Shown: positions 49,719 to 59,745 of the stretch, piece after piece
How positions within the stretch are numbered: the stretch's first letter is position 1
Layout of the letters: each line of letters starts with the position of its first letter
Source: Elusimicrobiota bacterium
Lineage (GTDB): Bacteria > Elusimicrobiota > Elusimicrobia > UBA1565
Assembly (NCBI GenBank): GCA_043827405.1
Contig: JBDRPD010000087.1
Coordinates: 1-64,000 of the forward strand
Direction: 5' to 3'
DNA: 64,000 nucleotides
Made by a program: the position numbers and the translations under genes
Notes under the pieces: model-generated
What the model was told of the DNA's origin: nothing
Seen by the model: the letters and a program-made list of their open reading frames with translations, nothing else
Databases searched by the model: none

Positions 49719-50479
49719 CCGACGTTATCGTCGCGCTCGATGTGGACACCATACAGGAAGAGGAGCGCCTCCTGGATCAGCTGAAGGGGACGATCCGCTA
49801 CTACAAGATCGGGCTGCGGCTGTTCACCGCGCACGGCAAGCGCGCGGTTGATCTTGTGCACCGGCAGGGCGGACGGGTTTTTCTCGATCTCAAGTTCCAC
49901 GATCTGCCGCAGACCGTATCCGACGCCGTGCACGAAGCGCAGAAAATGCACGTCTATTCCTTAAGCCTGCACCTATCGGGAGGAATCGACATGCTGCACG
50001 CCGCGGCCGCGGTCCATCCGCGGCCGAAGCTATGGGGCGTGACGGTGCTGACCAGCTTAACCACGACCGACCTCCGCATTCTGCATCCCAAAGCCGCGGT
50101 GCACCCGACGGTACAGCGTCTGGCCAAGACGGGCGTCGCGCATAAAATCGACGGGATCATCTGCTCGGGGCAGGAGGTCGACCTCCTGCGCAAAAAGCTC
50201 GGGCCCGACACCTGCTTTATCACGCCGGGCATACGCCCGAAAGGCTACCAGCGCCACGATCAGAAGCGCATCATTACGCCGGGCGAGGCGGCGCGCCTGG
50301 GCATCCGCTTTGTGGTGATCGGACGGCCGATCACCAAGGCGAACAGCCCGCTCGCCGAGGCGCAGAAAATCCTCACCGAGATGAAGAACGCCGCGCCCGC
50401 GAGCCTTCTGGAAGGACCCGCGCGCGAAAGCGCGCCGGAGCTCGGCCGCAACCGGGAATTCAAAACGGAGGACGCGTGA
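49715..50479 (+). CDS. pyrF: Orotidine-5'-phosphate decarboxylase
   Basis: IVALD, FLDLKFHDLPQTV, VTVLTS, TPGIRP, DQKR, GRPIT. Confidence 0.95.
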   Translation: MTDVIVALDVDTIQEEERLLDQLKGTIRYYKIGLRLFTAHGKRAVDLVHRQGGRVFLDLKFHDLPQTVSDAVHEAQKMHVYSLSLHLSGGIDMLHAAAAVHPRPKLWGVTVLTSLTTTDLRILHPKAAVHPTVQRLAKTGVAHKIDGIICSGQEVDLLRKKLGPDTCFITPGIRPKGYQRHDQKRIITPGEAARLGIRFVVIGRPITKANSPLAEAQKILTEMKNAAPASLLEGPARESAPELGRNREFKTEDA

Positions 50480-51066
50480 ACAGCGACGAGCTCAAGGGCA
50501 TATTCCGCGACGCGGGCGCGCTTCTCAGCGGACACTTCAAGCTGTCGTCGGGCCGGCACAGCGGCCAGTATTTCCAGTGCGCGCTCGTCCTGTCCGACAC
50601 CCGGACCGCGCGCCTCCTCGGCGAAGAGCTCGCCGCCCTGCTGCCCCGCGAATGGGGCCGGCCGGAAACGGTCGTCGGGCCGGCCCTGGGCGGGGTGATC
50701 ATCGGCCACGAGACGGCCCGCGCCCTGAACGCCCGCTCGATCTTCACTGAAAGAAAGGACGGAAAGATGTCTTTGCGGCGGGGCTTCGCGGTGCGCCCGG
50801 GAGAGAAAGTCCTCATCGTCGAGGATGTCGTCACCACCGGAAAATCCTCCGGCGAAACAGCCGCGCGGCTGCGCGAACACGGCGCCGTTGTTATCGGCAT
50901 CCTCGGCATCGTTCAGCGCGGAGCGGAAGACCCCGAGCTCGGCCTCCCCGTCCGCTGTCTGGCCCACCTGCCCGCGGTGAGCTATGAGGAAGCGGACTGC
51001 CCGCTGTGCGCCAAAGGCATTCCCGTTGTTAAGCCGGGCAGCCGCACAAAGGAGACCCCATGCTGA
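50476..51066 (+). CDS. pyrE: Orotate phosphoribosyltransferase
   Basis: GHFKLSSGRHS, VEDVVTTG, CPLC..G...KPGSR. Confidence 0.94.
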   Translation: MNSDELKGIFRDAGALLSGHFKLSSGRHSGQYFQCALVLSDTRTARLLGEELAALLPREWGRPETVVGPALGGVIIGHETARALNARSIFTERKDGKMSLRRGFAVRPGEKVLIVEDVVTTGKSSGETAARLREHGAVVIGILGIVQRGAEDPELGLPVRCLAHLPAVSYEEADCPLCAKGIPVVKPGSRTKETPC

Positions 51067-52028
51067 CCTACAAGAAGTCCGGAGTGGACATCGACAAGGC
51101 GGACTCGCTGGTAAGTTATCTAAAGAAGAAGGCGCCGTCGATCGGCGGCTTCGCCGGGCTTTACCCGCTGAAGCTCGACGGCAAGGGCCCGCACTGCCTT
51201 GTCGCCTCCACCGACGGAGTCGGCACCAAGCTGAAGGTCGCCCTGCTGATGCGGCGGCACCAGACCATCGGCATCGACCTTGTCGCCATGTGCGTCAACG
51301 ACCTGATCACCTGCGGCGCCAAGCCGCTGATTTTCCTCGACTACTACGCCACCGGCAAGCTCGACGTCAAGCGCTCGCAGGACATCTTCCAGGGCATCCT
51401 GAACGGCTGCCGGCAGTCGGGCGCCGCGCTTCTGGGCGGCGAAACCGCCGAGATGCCGGGCTGCTACCCCCGCGGCGAGTACGACCTCGCGGGCTTCGCC
51501 GTCGGCATCGTGAACAGCAAAGATGTTATCGACGGCAGCAAAATCTTTCCCGGCGACCTGCTCCTGGGCCTGCCGTCTAACGGCGTGCACTCCAACGGCT
51601 TTTCACTGGTGCGCCGGGTATTCAAGGGCCGGATGCTCAAAACGCTGGGGCGCAAGCTGCTGACGCCGACCAAGATCTACGTCGATGAAATCGCCTCTCT
51701 GCTGCAGGGCTTGCGCAAGGAGAAGCAGATCGTCCTCGGCATGGCGCATATCACCGGCGGCGGCCTGCCCGGCAACGTAGTGCGCATACTGCCCCGCCGG
51801 TGCCGCGCCGTGATCCGGACCGGCTCCTGGAAGACGCCCCGCATCTTCCAGGAAATCCAGCAGCGCGGACGCGTGCCGGATGCGGACATGTGGCGAACTT
51901 TTAATATGGGAATCGGCATGGTCATCGTGATCCGTCCCAACGCTTTGGAGCCGGCGCGCCGCATCCTGCCGCAGGCCAAACTGATCGGCGAGATCGTCGC
52001 AGGACGCCGGGAAGTCACCCTCAACTAA
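51060..52028 (+). CDS. purM: AIR synthase
   Basis: YKKSGVDI, TDGVGTK, DLVAMCVND, GGETAEMP, SNGVHSNGFS, HITGGG, TFNMGIG. Confidence 0.96.
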   Translation: MLTYKKSGVDIDKADSLVSYLKKKAPSIGGFAGLYPLKLDGKGPHCLVASTDGVGTKLKVALLMRRHQTIGIDLVAMCVNDLITCGAKPLIFLDYYATGKLDVKRSQDIFQGILNGCRQSGAALLGGETAEMPGCYPRGEYDLAGFAVGIVNSKDVIDGSKIFPGDLLLGLPSNGVHSNGFSLVRRVFKGRMLKTLGRKLLTPTKIYVDEIASLLQGLRKEKQIVLGMAHITGGGLPGNVVRILPRRCRAVIRTGSWKTPRIFQEIQQRGRVPDADMWRTFNMGIGMVIVIRPNALEPARRILPQAKLIGEIVAGRREVTLN

Positions 52029-52032
52029 TGCC

Positions 52033-52110
52033 GGTACCGGTTATTAACATTAACTTTTGGTTCGAATTATTTATGGATATGCTCAAAAGTTAATGTTAAT
52101 AACCGGTACC
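52033..52110. repeat. Perfect 27-bp AT-rich inverted repeat with 24-nt spacer
   Basis: GGTACCGGTTATTAACATTAACTTTTG (52033-52059) and its exact reverse complement (52084-52110). Confidence 0.95.
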
Positions 52111-52129
52111 AAAGGCTAGGAGTTTAATT

Positions 52130-54316
52130 ATGCTTAAGATCGCGGTTTTCGCTTCCGGCGACGGCACCAATCTCCAGGCGCTCATTGACGCCTGCAAGAG
52201 CCGCCGCATCCCCGGGGAGATCGTACGGGTAATCTCTTCGCGCAAAGACGCGGGCGCCCTGCGGCGGGCCGCGGCGGCGGGGATCGAGCACCGCGCCATC
52301 CTGCCGGCGGACTTCGACTCCCCCGAAGCCTTCGACGCGGAGCTCGCCGCCGAGTGCCGGCGGGCGGACGCCGGCCTCATCTGCCTGGCGGGCTTCATGC
52401 GCAAGCTCCGCCGGCCGATGCTCGACGCCTACCCCGGACGCATCGTGAATATCCACCCCGCGCTGCTGCCGTCTTTCGGCGGCAAGGGGATGTATGGGCC
52501 GCGGGTCCACGAAGCCGTACTCAAATCCGGAGTGAAAATATCCGGCTGCACGGTGCACGCGGTTGATGAGCTCTACGACCATGGCGCGATCCTGGCGCAA
52601 ACCTCGGTACCGGTCCTATCCGACGATACGGCGGAGTCTTTGGCGGCGCGCGTACTGGTCCAGGAGCATTGGCTCTATCCCGAAGTGGTAAAGCTCTTCG
52701 CCGAGGACCGCGTCGAGATCGACGGCCCGCGCGCCGCGATCCGCCCGTCCCGCCACGAAGACTCGCCGCGCATCCGGCGCGCCATCCTTTCAGTCTCCGA
52801 TAAAGAGGGGCTCGTCGACTTCGCCAAGGGCCTGGAAGAGCTGGGCATCGAGATCGTCTCCACTTCCGGCACCGCCCGGGCTTTGCGCGAAGCCGGCGTA
52901 GAGGTGCGTTCGCTCGACTCCTTGACCGGCTTCCCGGAAATCCTCAGCGGCCGCGTAAAAACCCTGCATCCGAAAATTCACGGCGGCATCCTCCTGCGCC
53001 GGGGCGATCCGGAGCAGGCTCGGGAAGCGTCCATCCACGGACTCGAACCGATCGACCTGGTCGCCGTGAACCTTTATCCGTTCGCGAAAGCGGCCGCCAA
53101 GGCGAGCTCGCCCTACAGCCGGGAAGCGCTGGAGAATATCGATATCGGCGGCGTGACCCTGATCCGCGCCGCGGCCAAGAACTTTGAAGACGTCGCCGTG
53201 GTCGTTTCTCCGTCCGATTACGGCGCGCTGCTCAAGGAACTAGGCGACTCATCCTGCCAGCTCAGCCTCGAGTCGCGGCGGCGGCTGGCGCTGACCGCCT
53301 TCCGCCATACCGCGGGCTACGACGCCATGATCTCCACCGCCTGGGGCTCGGCGGACAAGAACGCGGGGCCGTTTCCCGACAAGCTCGAGGTCGGCCTGCG
53401 GCGGGTGCAGACCCTGCGCTACGGCGAGAACCCGCACCAGAAAGCCGCGCTTTACGTGCGGGAGGAAAAAGGCGAGCCCTCTTATACCCAGCTGCAGGGC
53501 AAGGAGCTCTCCTACAACAACCTGCTCGACGCCTTCGGCACCTGGGACGCGGTAAATGAATTTCAGGAACCGGCGGCGGTGATCTTTAAGCATGTGACGC
53601 CGTCCGGCATCGGCACGGCACCGGCCCTGCTGGAAGCCTTCGACCGCGCCTGGGCTTCGGACCCCCTAAGCGCCTTCGGCGGCATCCTCGCCGTCAACCA
53701 GCGTTTCACCCGGGACATCGCCGAGCGCCTCGCCAAGCGCTTCATGGAAGTGATCGTCGCGCCCGAGTTCGCGCCGGAGGCGCTCGAGCTGCTGGAAAAA
53801 AAGAAGAACCTGCGCCTGCTGGTCATGAAGAATCCTCCGACGCGCACGCACCTGCTGCGCTCGCTGGGCGATGAGGTGCTGGTAACCGAGCCCGACCGCA
53901 TGACGTTCGGCGGCGACCTCAAGGTCGCGACCAAGCGCCGGCCGACGAAAGACGAGGAGGCGGCCCTGCGCTTTGCCTGGATCGTCTGCAAGCATGTGCG
54001 CTCCAACGCCATCGTGCTGGCCGATCCCAACGGCACCGTGGGCATCGGAGCGGGGCAGATGTCGCGCGTCGACTCGGTGCATATGGCGGGAGTCAAGTTC
54101 GCGGAGTACAAGAAGGATTACGGCGCGCCCAAGACCCTCGTAATGGCTTCGGACGCTTTCTTCCCCTTTCGCGACGGCATTGACGCCGCCTGCCGCTACG
54201 GCATCACGGCGGTGATCCAGCCGGGAGGCTCCATCCGCGACGAGGATGTGATCAAGGCGGCCGATGAGCATGCTCTGGCCATGGTCTTCACCGGCATGCG
54301 GCATTTCCGGCACTAA
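52130..54316 (+). CDS. purH: Fused PurN (GAR formyltransferase) - PurH (IMP cyclohydrolase/AICAR formyltransferase)
   Basis: N-terminal [28 protein letters not shown] (PurN); then [43 protein letters not shown] (PurH), all in one frame. Confidence 0.95.
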   Translation: MLKIAVFASGDGTNLQALIDACKSRRIPGEIVRVISSRKDAGALRRAAAAGIEHRAILPADFDSPEAFDAELAAECRRADAGLICLAGFMRKLRRPMLDAYPGRIVNIHPALLPSFGGKGMYGPRVHEAVLKSGVKISGCTVHAVDELYDHGAILAQTSVPVLSDDTAESLAARVLVQEHWLYPEVVKLFAEDRVEIDGPRAAIRPSRHEDSPRIRRAILSVSDKEGLVDFAKGLEELGIEIVSTSGTARALREAGVEVRSLDSLTGFPEILSGRVKTLHPKIHGGILLRRGDPEQAREASIHGLEPIDLVAVNLYPFAKAAAKASSPYSREALENIDIGGVTLIRAAAKNFEDVAVVVSPSDYGALLKELGDSSCQLSLESRRRLALTAFRHTAGYDAMISTAWGSADKNAGPFPDKLEVGLRRVQTLRYGENPHQKAALYVREEKGEPSYTQLQGKELSYNNLLDAFGTWDAVNEFQEPAAVIFKHVTPSGIGTAPALLEAFDRAWASDPLSAFGGILAVNQRFTRDIAERLAKRFMEVIVAPEFAPEALELLEKKKNLRLLVMKNPPTRTHLLRSLGDEVLVTEPDRMTFGGDLKVATKRRPTKDEEAALRFAWIVCKHVRSNAIVLADPNGTVGIGAGQMSRVDSVHMAGVKFAEYKKDYGAPKTLVMASDAFFPFRDGIDAACRYGITAVIQPGGSIRDEDVIKAADEHALAMVFTGMRHFRH

Positions 54317-54353
54317 CTGACACCAAGCCGCTTGGCGGATTTCCACCGGGGCT

Positions 54354-56180
54354 TCAGGACCGCGGGTCTTCGGCGAATACTTCGAGCGCCTGCGGCGTCA
54401 CGGCGCCGAAAAACCGCGCGAAATACCGGGACGCGGCGCGACGGCGCGACGCCAGGTCCGCGAGCGTCAGAGCGGATATCTCCTCGAGCGCGGCGCGCAG
54501 CTCCGCGGGCGTGCGGGCGATCCATTTCAAATCCGTAAACCCCGGCAGCGGATCGGTGCGCAAAAACGTCGTCAAGTCCAGAAACACGACCGGCAGCCCC
54601 TGGCGCGCCGCCTCCACCCCCGCGGTCGAGGAGGCGAAAAGGACGGTATCCGCCCAGTCCAGGCATTCCTGAAGGCTCATTTCTGACGCTATCCGGTACG
54701 GAAAACCGACAGATGAACGCACAGCGCGGCTCAAAGATAGGGGGTTCGACGGATGCGGCCGCACAAGAAGCTCGGGGGCGCCGGCGGCGAAAGTGCGGTC
54801 GAGCAAATCGAACACCTGTGGGGGTTCGCTCGGTTTTGTCGCGAGGGCCACCAGCAGCCTCTCGCCTTTCGGCGTTCTCTCTTTTGGGGCGGCGTTTGCC
54901 GGCAGCATGCGCAGCGCGCAGCTGCGGCGCAGGAGCCGCGCGGGGAAGTTCCCGCGCTCAAGCAGGTGGTGCGAGACCGCGCCGTTTGTAATGATCCGGT
55001 CGGGTAGGGGAAGGTCTCGCTCTTCGCCGCGGCCGAGGAGCAGGTTAAGGTGATAATCGGTCAGGGTAGAGTGCTGATAGCCGATCACCGCCGGACGATC
55101 AACGGCGGCGCGGGCGGCGAGTGTGATCATGCGCCCCCAGGTATGATTCTCGTAAGGCAAGAAGATGCGGTCAGCGGCGAGCGCTTTCAACAGCGCGTCC
55201 ATGCATTCATAGTGCCACATATCATAAAACAGGCTGCTGTTACGGGCGTTCGCCGCCAGCTCTTCGGTGATGAACGGCGCCGCATCGAGCCCGCAGAATG
55301 ATTGATCGCCGACTACGGGAAAAGCAAAATAGCGCCGCTTGAGGGCGCGGCCCAATAGGCGCAGCAAGGCCGCAAAACCGAGGAAAGTATCGATGGGAAT
55401 CACCGGAGACTCGGGGTCCGGTGCGGCGATGCGCGACAGACTGCGCCGAAAATCATGCGTGATCCAGCCGATCGTGAGCGGCGCGAGCCCGCGCTCGGAT
55501 AAGTATCGACGGAGCTCGCCGAAATAGGTGTCCCGATAGCGACCGCTGTTGTCGAAGGACTGGTGGTTGATTAGGGTGGCGATAACCGAATAGCGGATCG
55601 AGGGATCGGGCCTGAAACGCATCGCCATCCGCACCCGCAGCAACCTCCAGGCCGCGCGGAAAAAACCCACCATCGGTCCGCCGGGAAGAATGCGGTTGAG
55701 GCGGGCCTTTAGCGGCTCCTGCAGGCGCGTCGTTCCGAAAACGCGAACGCCCCGATCTTCCCCCCACCGCTTCAACTGGGCCAGCAGCAGAGGGTCGGCG
55801 CAGGCGATAATCAGCGTTCCCCCTTGCTCCCTTAAGGCCAGCCCGGTTAGCAGAGAAAGACGGAAACAGCGTTCCGGCAGTAGCCCGAACGCCGGATTCT
55901 TGTCGGGCAGGCGAAATCCCCACCAGGTACGGCTGGCGTTGGCCCTGCCGAGGGCGGCCACAAACTCGGCGTACTCTTGGGGGAAATCCACGGCGCGCTC
56001 CGCCGCTAGGGAATGGGCGTCCAGTTCACGCGCCTCGGGCAGGTGGTGGAGGCGGGAACGCAGCGCCGCCGCCGCCGCTCCCTTGTCAAGGATGAGAAGG
56101 CGGGCCGGCCGCGCTCTCAAGACCTCGCTTGGCACGCGGCCGTCTATCGGGTCGAAGAAGTGAATCTCAGGTGGGGGCAT
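54354..56180 (-). CDS. Hypothetical protein, probably surface-polysaccharide biosynthesis (GT-B-like)
   Basis: DTYFGEL, PYENHTW, GYQHS, VRPHP, SSTAGVEA..G.PV; start re-assigned to ATG 56180. Confidence 0.55.
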   Translation of the reverse strand: MPPPEIHFFDPIDGRVPSEVLRARPARLLILDKGAAAAALRSRLHHLPEARELDAHSLAAERAVDFPQEYAEFVAALGRANASRTWWGFRLPDKNPAFGLLPERCFRLSLLTGLALREQGGTLIIACADPLLLAQLKRWGEDRGVRVFGTTRLQEPLKARLNRILPGGPMVGFFRAAWRLLRVRMAMRFRPDPSIRYSVIATLINHQSFDNSGRYRDTYFGELRRYLSERGLAPLTIGWITHDFRRSLSRIAAPDPESPVIPIDTFLGFAALLRLLGRALKRRYFAFPVVGDQSFCGLDAAPFITEELAANARNSSLFYDMWHYECMDALLKALAADRIFLPYENHTWGRMITLAARAAVDRPAVIGYQHSTLTDYHLNLLLGRGEERDLPLPDRIITNGAVSHHLLERGNFPARLLRRSCALRMLPANAAPKERTPKGERLLVALATKPSEPPQVFDLLDRTFAAGAPELLVRPHPSNPLSLSRAVRSSVGFPYRIASEMSLQECLDWADTVLFASSTAGVEAARQGLPVVFLDLTTFLRTDPLPGFTDLKWIARTPAELRAALEEISALTLADLASRRRAASRYFARFFGAVTPQALEVFAEDPRS

Positions 56181-56268
56181 GACATACATTCTAGCAAGCC
56201 CCTAGGTCCTATGCCCGGCGGGACCATCGCCCCTGGTTGACCGGACCCGCGGCCGCTACCTTTGTAGT

Positions 56269-58254
56269 ATGCGCATCTCCAAGCTGGCCGTCCTGGCGCT
56301 GAGCGCGGCGCTTGCCGCCTTCGGCGCCCGGCCCGCCGCCGCTGATGAACGGCCGCCCGACCGGCCGGCCTCATACCACATCTATCTGCATGTACCCCCC
56401 CTCCCGGACGCCTCCAAAGAGGACCAGCAGGCCCGACGCCAAGCCGTCGAGGTGCGGCTGACGGCCATTGTGGACGGGGGCGCCCTTGGCGACCGCATCG
56501 AGCAGACGCTCGACGGCCAATGGATCGTCCGCTGGAGCGCAAAGACATGGACCCCTCGCGACGCCGGCGCGCGTATCGCCCGGGCGAAAGCGGCCTTCGC
56601 TCCGGCCGAGAAGGTCTCGATCGCGCTCGTCCCGGTAGAGCACCAGACCGTCGAGGTGCGGGACCCGGCCGAGATCGAGCAGCGCCTGCGAACCGATACC
56701 GGCGCGGTCCACGAATGGTACCGGGAACGCTTCGGACCGTCCTTCCCGCGCGAGCTCCTGGTCTCCGCGGACGGCGGGGCCGTCTTCGATTTTTCCGCCG
56801 TCCGGCAGGACGCCCCCGGCCTCGACTCGGCCGGGGTCTTGTTCGACGCCACCGGGCGCCCGCGAGACGCCGCGGCCGTTACCGAACGCATCCGTCTCGC
56901 CCGGGCGAAGCCCGGCGCCCAATCCGGCGTGAACTCCCGGATCAAGGAGCCCCCCGCGCCGCCGAAGTTCGACGGCGCGGTCATCGCCGCGGCCGAAGAC
57001 GCCGAGACGCAGGACGCCTTAAGGGCCCTGATCTACGCCTCGCGGGGCTACGAAAACGGTTTTGGGAAGGGCAGCGGCCTCCACGGACCGATGGGATTAA
57101 GCAACGCGACTTTCCAATGGGCGCAAAAGGAGGCCGGCGCCGAGCAGAAGAAGATCCTGGAGCAGGGCATCGACGACGATCGGGCCAACATCCTCGCGGG
57201 CGCCATCGTCTTCGACCGCCTGAAGACGCAGTTCGGAGGCAATACCAGCCGCGCCGTCGCGGCGTTCCACGTCGGCGCGGGCAATGTCCGCAAGCATGGC
57301 GGCATCCCTGCCGACGCGCAGCACTACCTCGCCCGCTTTCATTTGGCCCACCAGCAGGGCATACGCCGAGCATTGGATCCGGCCTCGCCGAAAGCCGCGC
57401 GCAAGAAGGTTGTCGCGGAGAAGCCCGTTTCCCCCATCGGAGCCATTCTCCGCCGCATCCGGGAGGAAGCCACCGCCCTCCTCCGGGGCGAGCCGCCCAC
57501 CGGCCGCCGGGACTCATTCAAGAACGTCCCCAAGAGCCTGGTCGAGGACATCTGGGAGGAAGCCACCAGCGGAAAGTGGCAGACCGACCCCAATGCCCTG
57601 ATCGCGCTGTCGGAAGCCGAGGGCGGCGTCAACGCCGGGACCTCGCACGCGAACGCCCGCGGCGTCCTGCAGATCACGCCGGAGACCGCGCTCTGGGAGT
57701 GCGGGCTGTCGCGCGCGGAGCTGGCCGACCGGGCAAAGAACATCGCCTGCGCCGAGAAGGTCTTCGCGCGCCGGCTAAAAAATGCGGACGGGGACATCGT
57801 CCTTGCCTGGGCGCTCTACAACACCAAGGTCAAGTGGCACCGGCAGATGATCGCGGAGAAGCGCGTCGCCAATATCAAGGAGACCGTCCGCCACGTAACC
57901 CGCGCCGCCTACCGCTACTACCAGCTCACCGGAAACCCGGCGTTTGACCCCGGCTCACGGGCCTTCCGTGAGAAGTACTTTAAAACCGTCCAAGCCCTGC
58001 GCTGGTCGGCGGAGTCCTACCTCGACATCCAGCGGTGGGACCGCAACGAAGGCTACAAGGGCGAGATCCGCTACGCCGAAAAAGTTCCGGCGCTGGAAGG
58101 GACTCTCGCCGCGGGTCCAAACAGCGCGCCCGGCCGCTGGCGCCGCAACAGCACCGGGACGCACTGGTACCGCAGCTCGCGCGCCCAGGGGCAGCGCTGG
58201 GACGTCTACCCCTACCGCGACCAGAACGGCCGCGTGACCGACCCGCCTGTTTAA
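56269..58254 (+). CDS. Secreted lytic transglycosylase with two SLT-like domains
   Basis: Signal peptide; GPMGL..NILAGA..AVAAFHVGAGNV and ALSEAEGG..ARGVLQITPET..NIAC..ALYN. Confidence 0.7.
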   Translation: MRISKLAVLALSAALAAFGARPAAADERPPDRPASYHIYLHVPPLPDASKEDQQARRQAVEVRLTAIVDGGALGDRIEQTLDGQWIVRWSAKTWTPRDAGARIARAKAAFAPAEKVSIALVPVEHQTVEVRDPAEIEQRLRTDTGAVHEWYRERFGPSFPRELLVSADGGAVFDFSAVRQDAPGLDSAGVLFDATGRPRDAAAVTERIRLARAKPGAQSGVNSRIKEPPAPPKFDGAVIAAAEDAETQDALRALIYASRGYENGFGKGSGLHGPMGLSNATFQWAQKEAGAEQKKILEQGIDDDRANILAGAIVFDRLKTQFGGNTSRAVAAFHVGAGNVRKHGGIPADAQHYLARFHLAHQQGIRRALDPASPKAARKKVVAEKPVSPIGAILRRIREEATALLRGEPPTGRRDSFKNVPKSLVEDIWEEATSGKWQTDPNALIALSEAEGGVNAGTSHANARGVLQITPETALWECGLSRAELADRAKNIACAEKVFARRLKNADGDIVLAWALYNTKVKWHRQMIAEKRVANIKETVRHVTRAAYRYYQLTGNPAFDPGSRAFREKYFKTVQALRWSAESYLDIQRWDRNEGYKGEIRYAEKVPALEGTLAAGPNSAPGRWRRNSTGTHWYRSSRAQGQRWDVYPYRDQNGRVTDPPV

Positions 58255-58284
58255 CGGCTCAAGAAGAAGCTCCTGCGGGGCGAA

Positions 58285-59745
58285 CTAGCTCTCCGGGCGC
58301 CGCCATGAGCGTTCGTCGCCCATAAGCTTGTCGGCCTCTTCCGGCCCCCAGCATCCCGCCGGATAGAGGCCGGGCGCCGCGTCGTCCTCTTGGAGCAGTG
58401 GATCGAAAAAAGCCCAGGTATCGCGAACCGCGTCATCGCGGATGAAGAGCGTCTGATCTCCCAGCATGGCGTCCAGCAGCAGCCGGTGGTATGCTTCCGG
58501 CGGGTCCGCGCCGAAAATTTCTCTATAGTGGACATCCATCGTCAGCGAGCCCAGACAGAGCTTCGGTCCGGGCTTCTTCGCCTCGAGAGTCAGGGAAATG
58601 CCTTCGTCCGGCTGGATGCGGAAGGTTAAAACGTTCGCCGCCAAATCTTCGGGAGTCAGGCCGGGAATGATCGAGTGCGGAACACTTTTGAACACGACCG
58701 CGATCTCGGCGACCCGGCGGGCGAGCTTTTTCCCGGAACGCAGGAATATGGGAACTCCCTTCCAGCGCCAGTTGTCTATCTCCAGGCGCATCGCGGCATA
58801 GGTCGGCGTCCGCGAACCTTCCGCGACGCCCGGCTCTCGCGCATAACCCGCGTACTGACCGAGCACGACATGCTCGGCGCGCGCCCGCTTATCCAACGGC
58901 AGGAGCGACTGGAAAACCTTGGCCTTCTCATTGCGTATCGCATCGGCGCCGAACCCCGACGGGGGCTCCATGGCGGTCAGGGCAAGAAGCTGCGTCATAT
59001 GGTTCTGAAACATATCGCGCAGGACGCCCGACGAGTCGTAATAGCCCGCCCGGCTCTCGACCCCGAGGCTTTCAAGGACCGAGATTTGGATATGGTCCAC
59101 ATGCTCACGGTTCCATACCGGCTCGAATATGGAGTTGGCGAAACGAAACATCATAATGTTCTGAACCGTCTCTTTCCCCAAGTAGTGGTCGATGCGGTAT
59201 ATCTGCTCCTCGCGTAAAAACTTCCCGATCTCGCCGCTCAGGCTGCGGGCGCTCTCGAGATCACGGCCGAATGGTTTTTCCACGACCACGCGGGAACGGC
59301 CCTTCCCGCCGACCCCTTCCAGCAGGCCGGCCTCGGCCAACCGGCGCGGGATGACGGGATAAAGCGCGGGCGGGACGGCCAGATAGTAGACCACGTTGCC
59401 CGCGGAGCCGAATTTCCGGTCCAGCTCTTCGAGCTTCGACTTCAGCGAGGCGTAGGTGGCCGGATCGTCGTAGGAGCCGCTGAGATAATAAAGGGCGTTA
59501 AGGCCGGGGGCGCGCGAACGGAAGGCCTCATCGCTGAGACTGCTGCGGGCGATGCCGAGCGCGTAGAAGCCTTGCGGCAGGAGCTTTCCTTTTTGCAGAG
59601 AAAGCAGCGCCGGCAGCAGTTTACGCGCGGCAAGATCGCCGGAGGCGCCGAAGATGACAAGTCCGCAGGGCTCCGGCCGCGTCTCGACGCAGAGGCGCTC
59701 TCTGACGCGGATGCGGGAGCGGGACTCCTTTTCCGCTTCGTTCAA
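58285..59745 (-). CDS. zwf: Glucose-6-phosphate 1-dehydrogenase
   Basis: FGASGDLA, EKPFG, RIDHYLGKE, RDMFQNH, NWRWKGVP. Confidence 0.96.
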   Translation of the reverse strand: MNEAEKESRSRIRVRERLCVETRPEPCGLVIFGASGDLAARKLLPALLSLQKGKLLPQGFYALGIARSSLSDEAFRSRAPGLNALYYLSGSYDDPATYASLKSKLEELDRKFGSAGNVVYYLAVPPALYPVIPRRLAEAGLLEGVGGKGRSRVVVEKPFGRDLESARSLSGEIGKFLREEQIYRIDHYLGKETVQNIMMFRFANSIFEPVWNREHVDHIQISVLESLGVESRAGYYDSSGVLRDMFQNHMTQLLALTAMEPPSGFGADAIRNEKAKVFQSLLPLDKRARAEHVVLGQYAGYAREPGVAEGSRTPTYAAMRLEIDNWRWKGVPIFLRSGKKLARRVAEIAVVFKSVPHSIIPGLTPEDLAANVLTFRIQPDEGISLTLEAKKPGPKLCLGSLTMDVHYREIFGADPPEAYHRLLLDAMLGDQTLFIRDDAVRDTWAFFDPLLQEDDAAPGLYPAGCWGPEEADKLMGDERSWRRPES

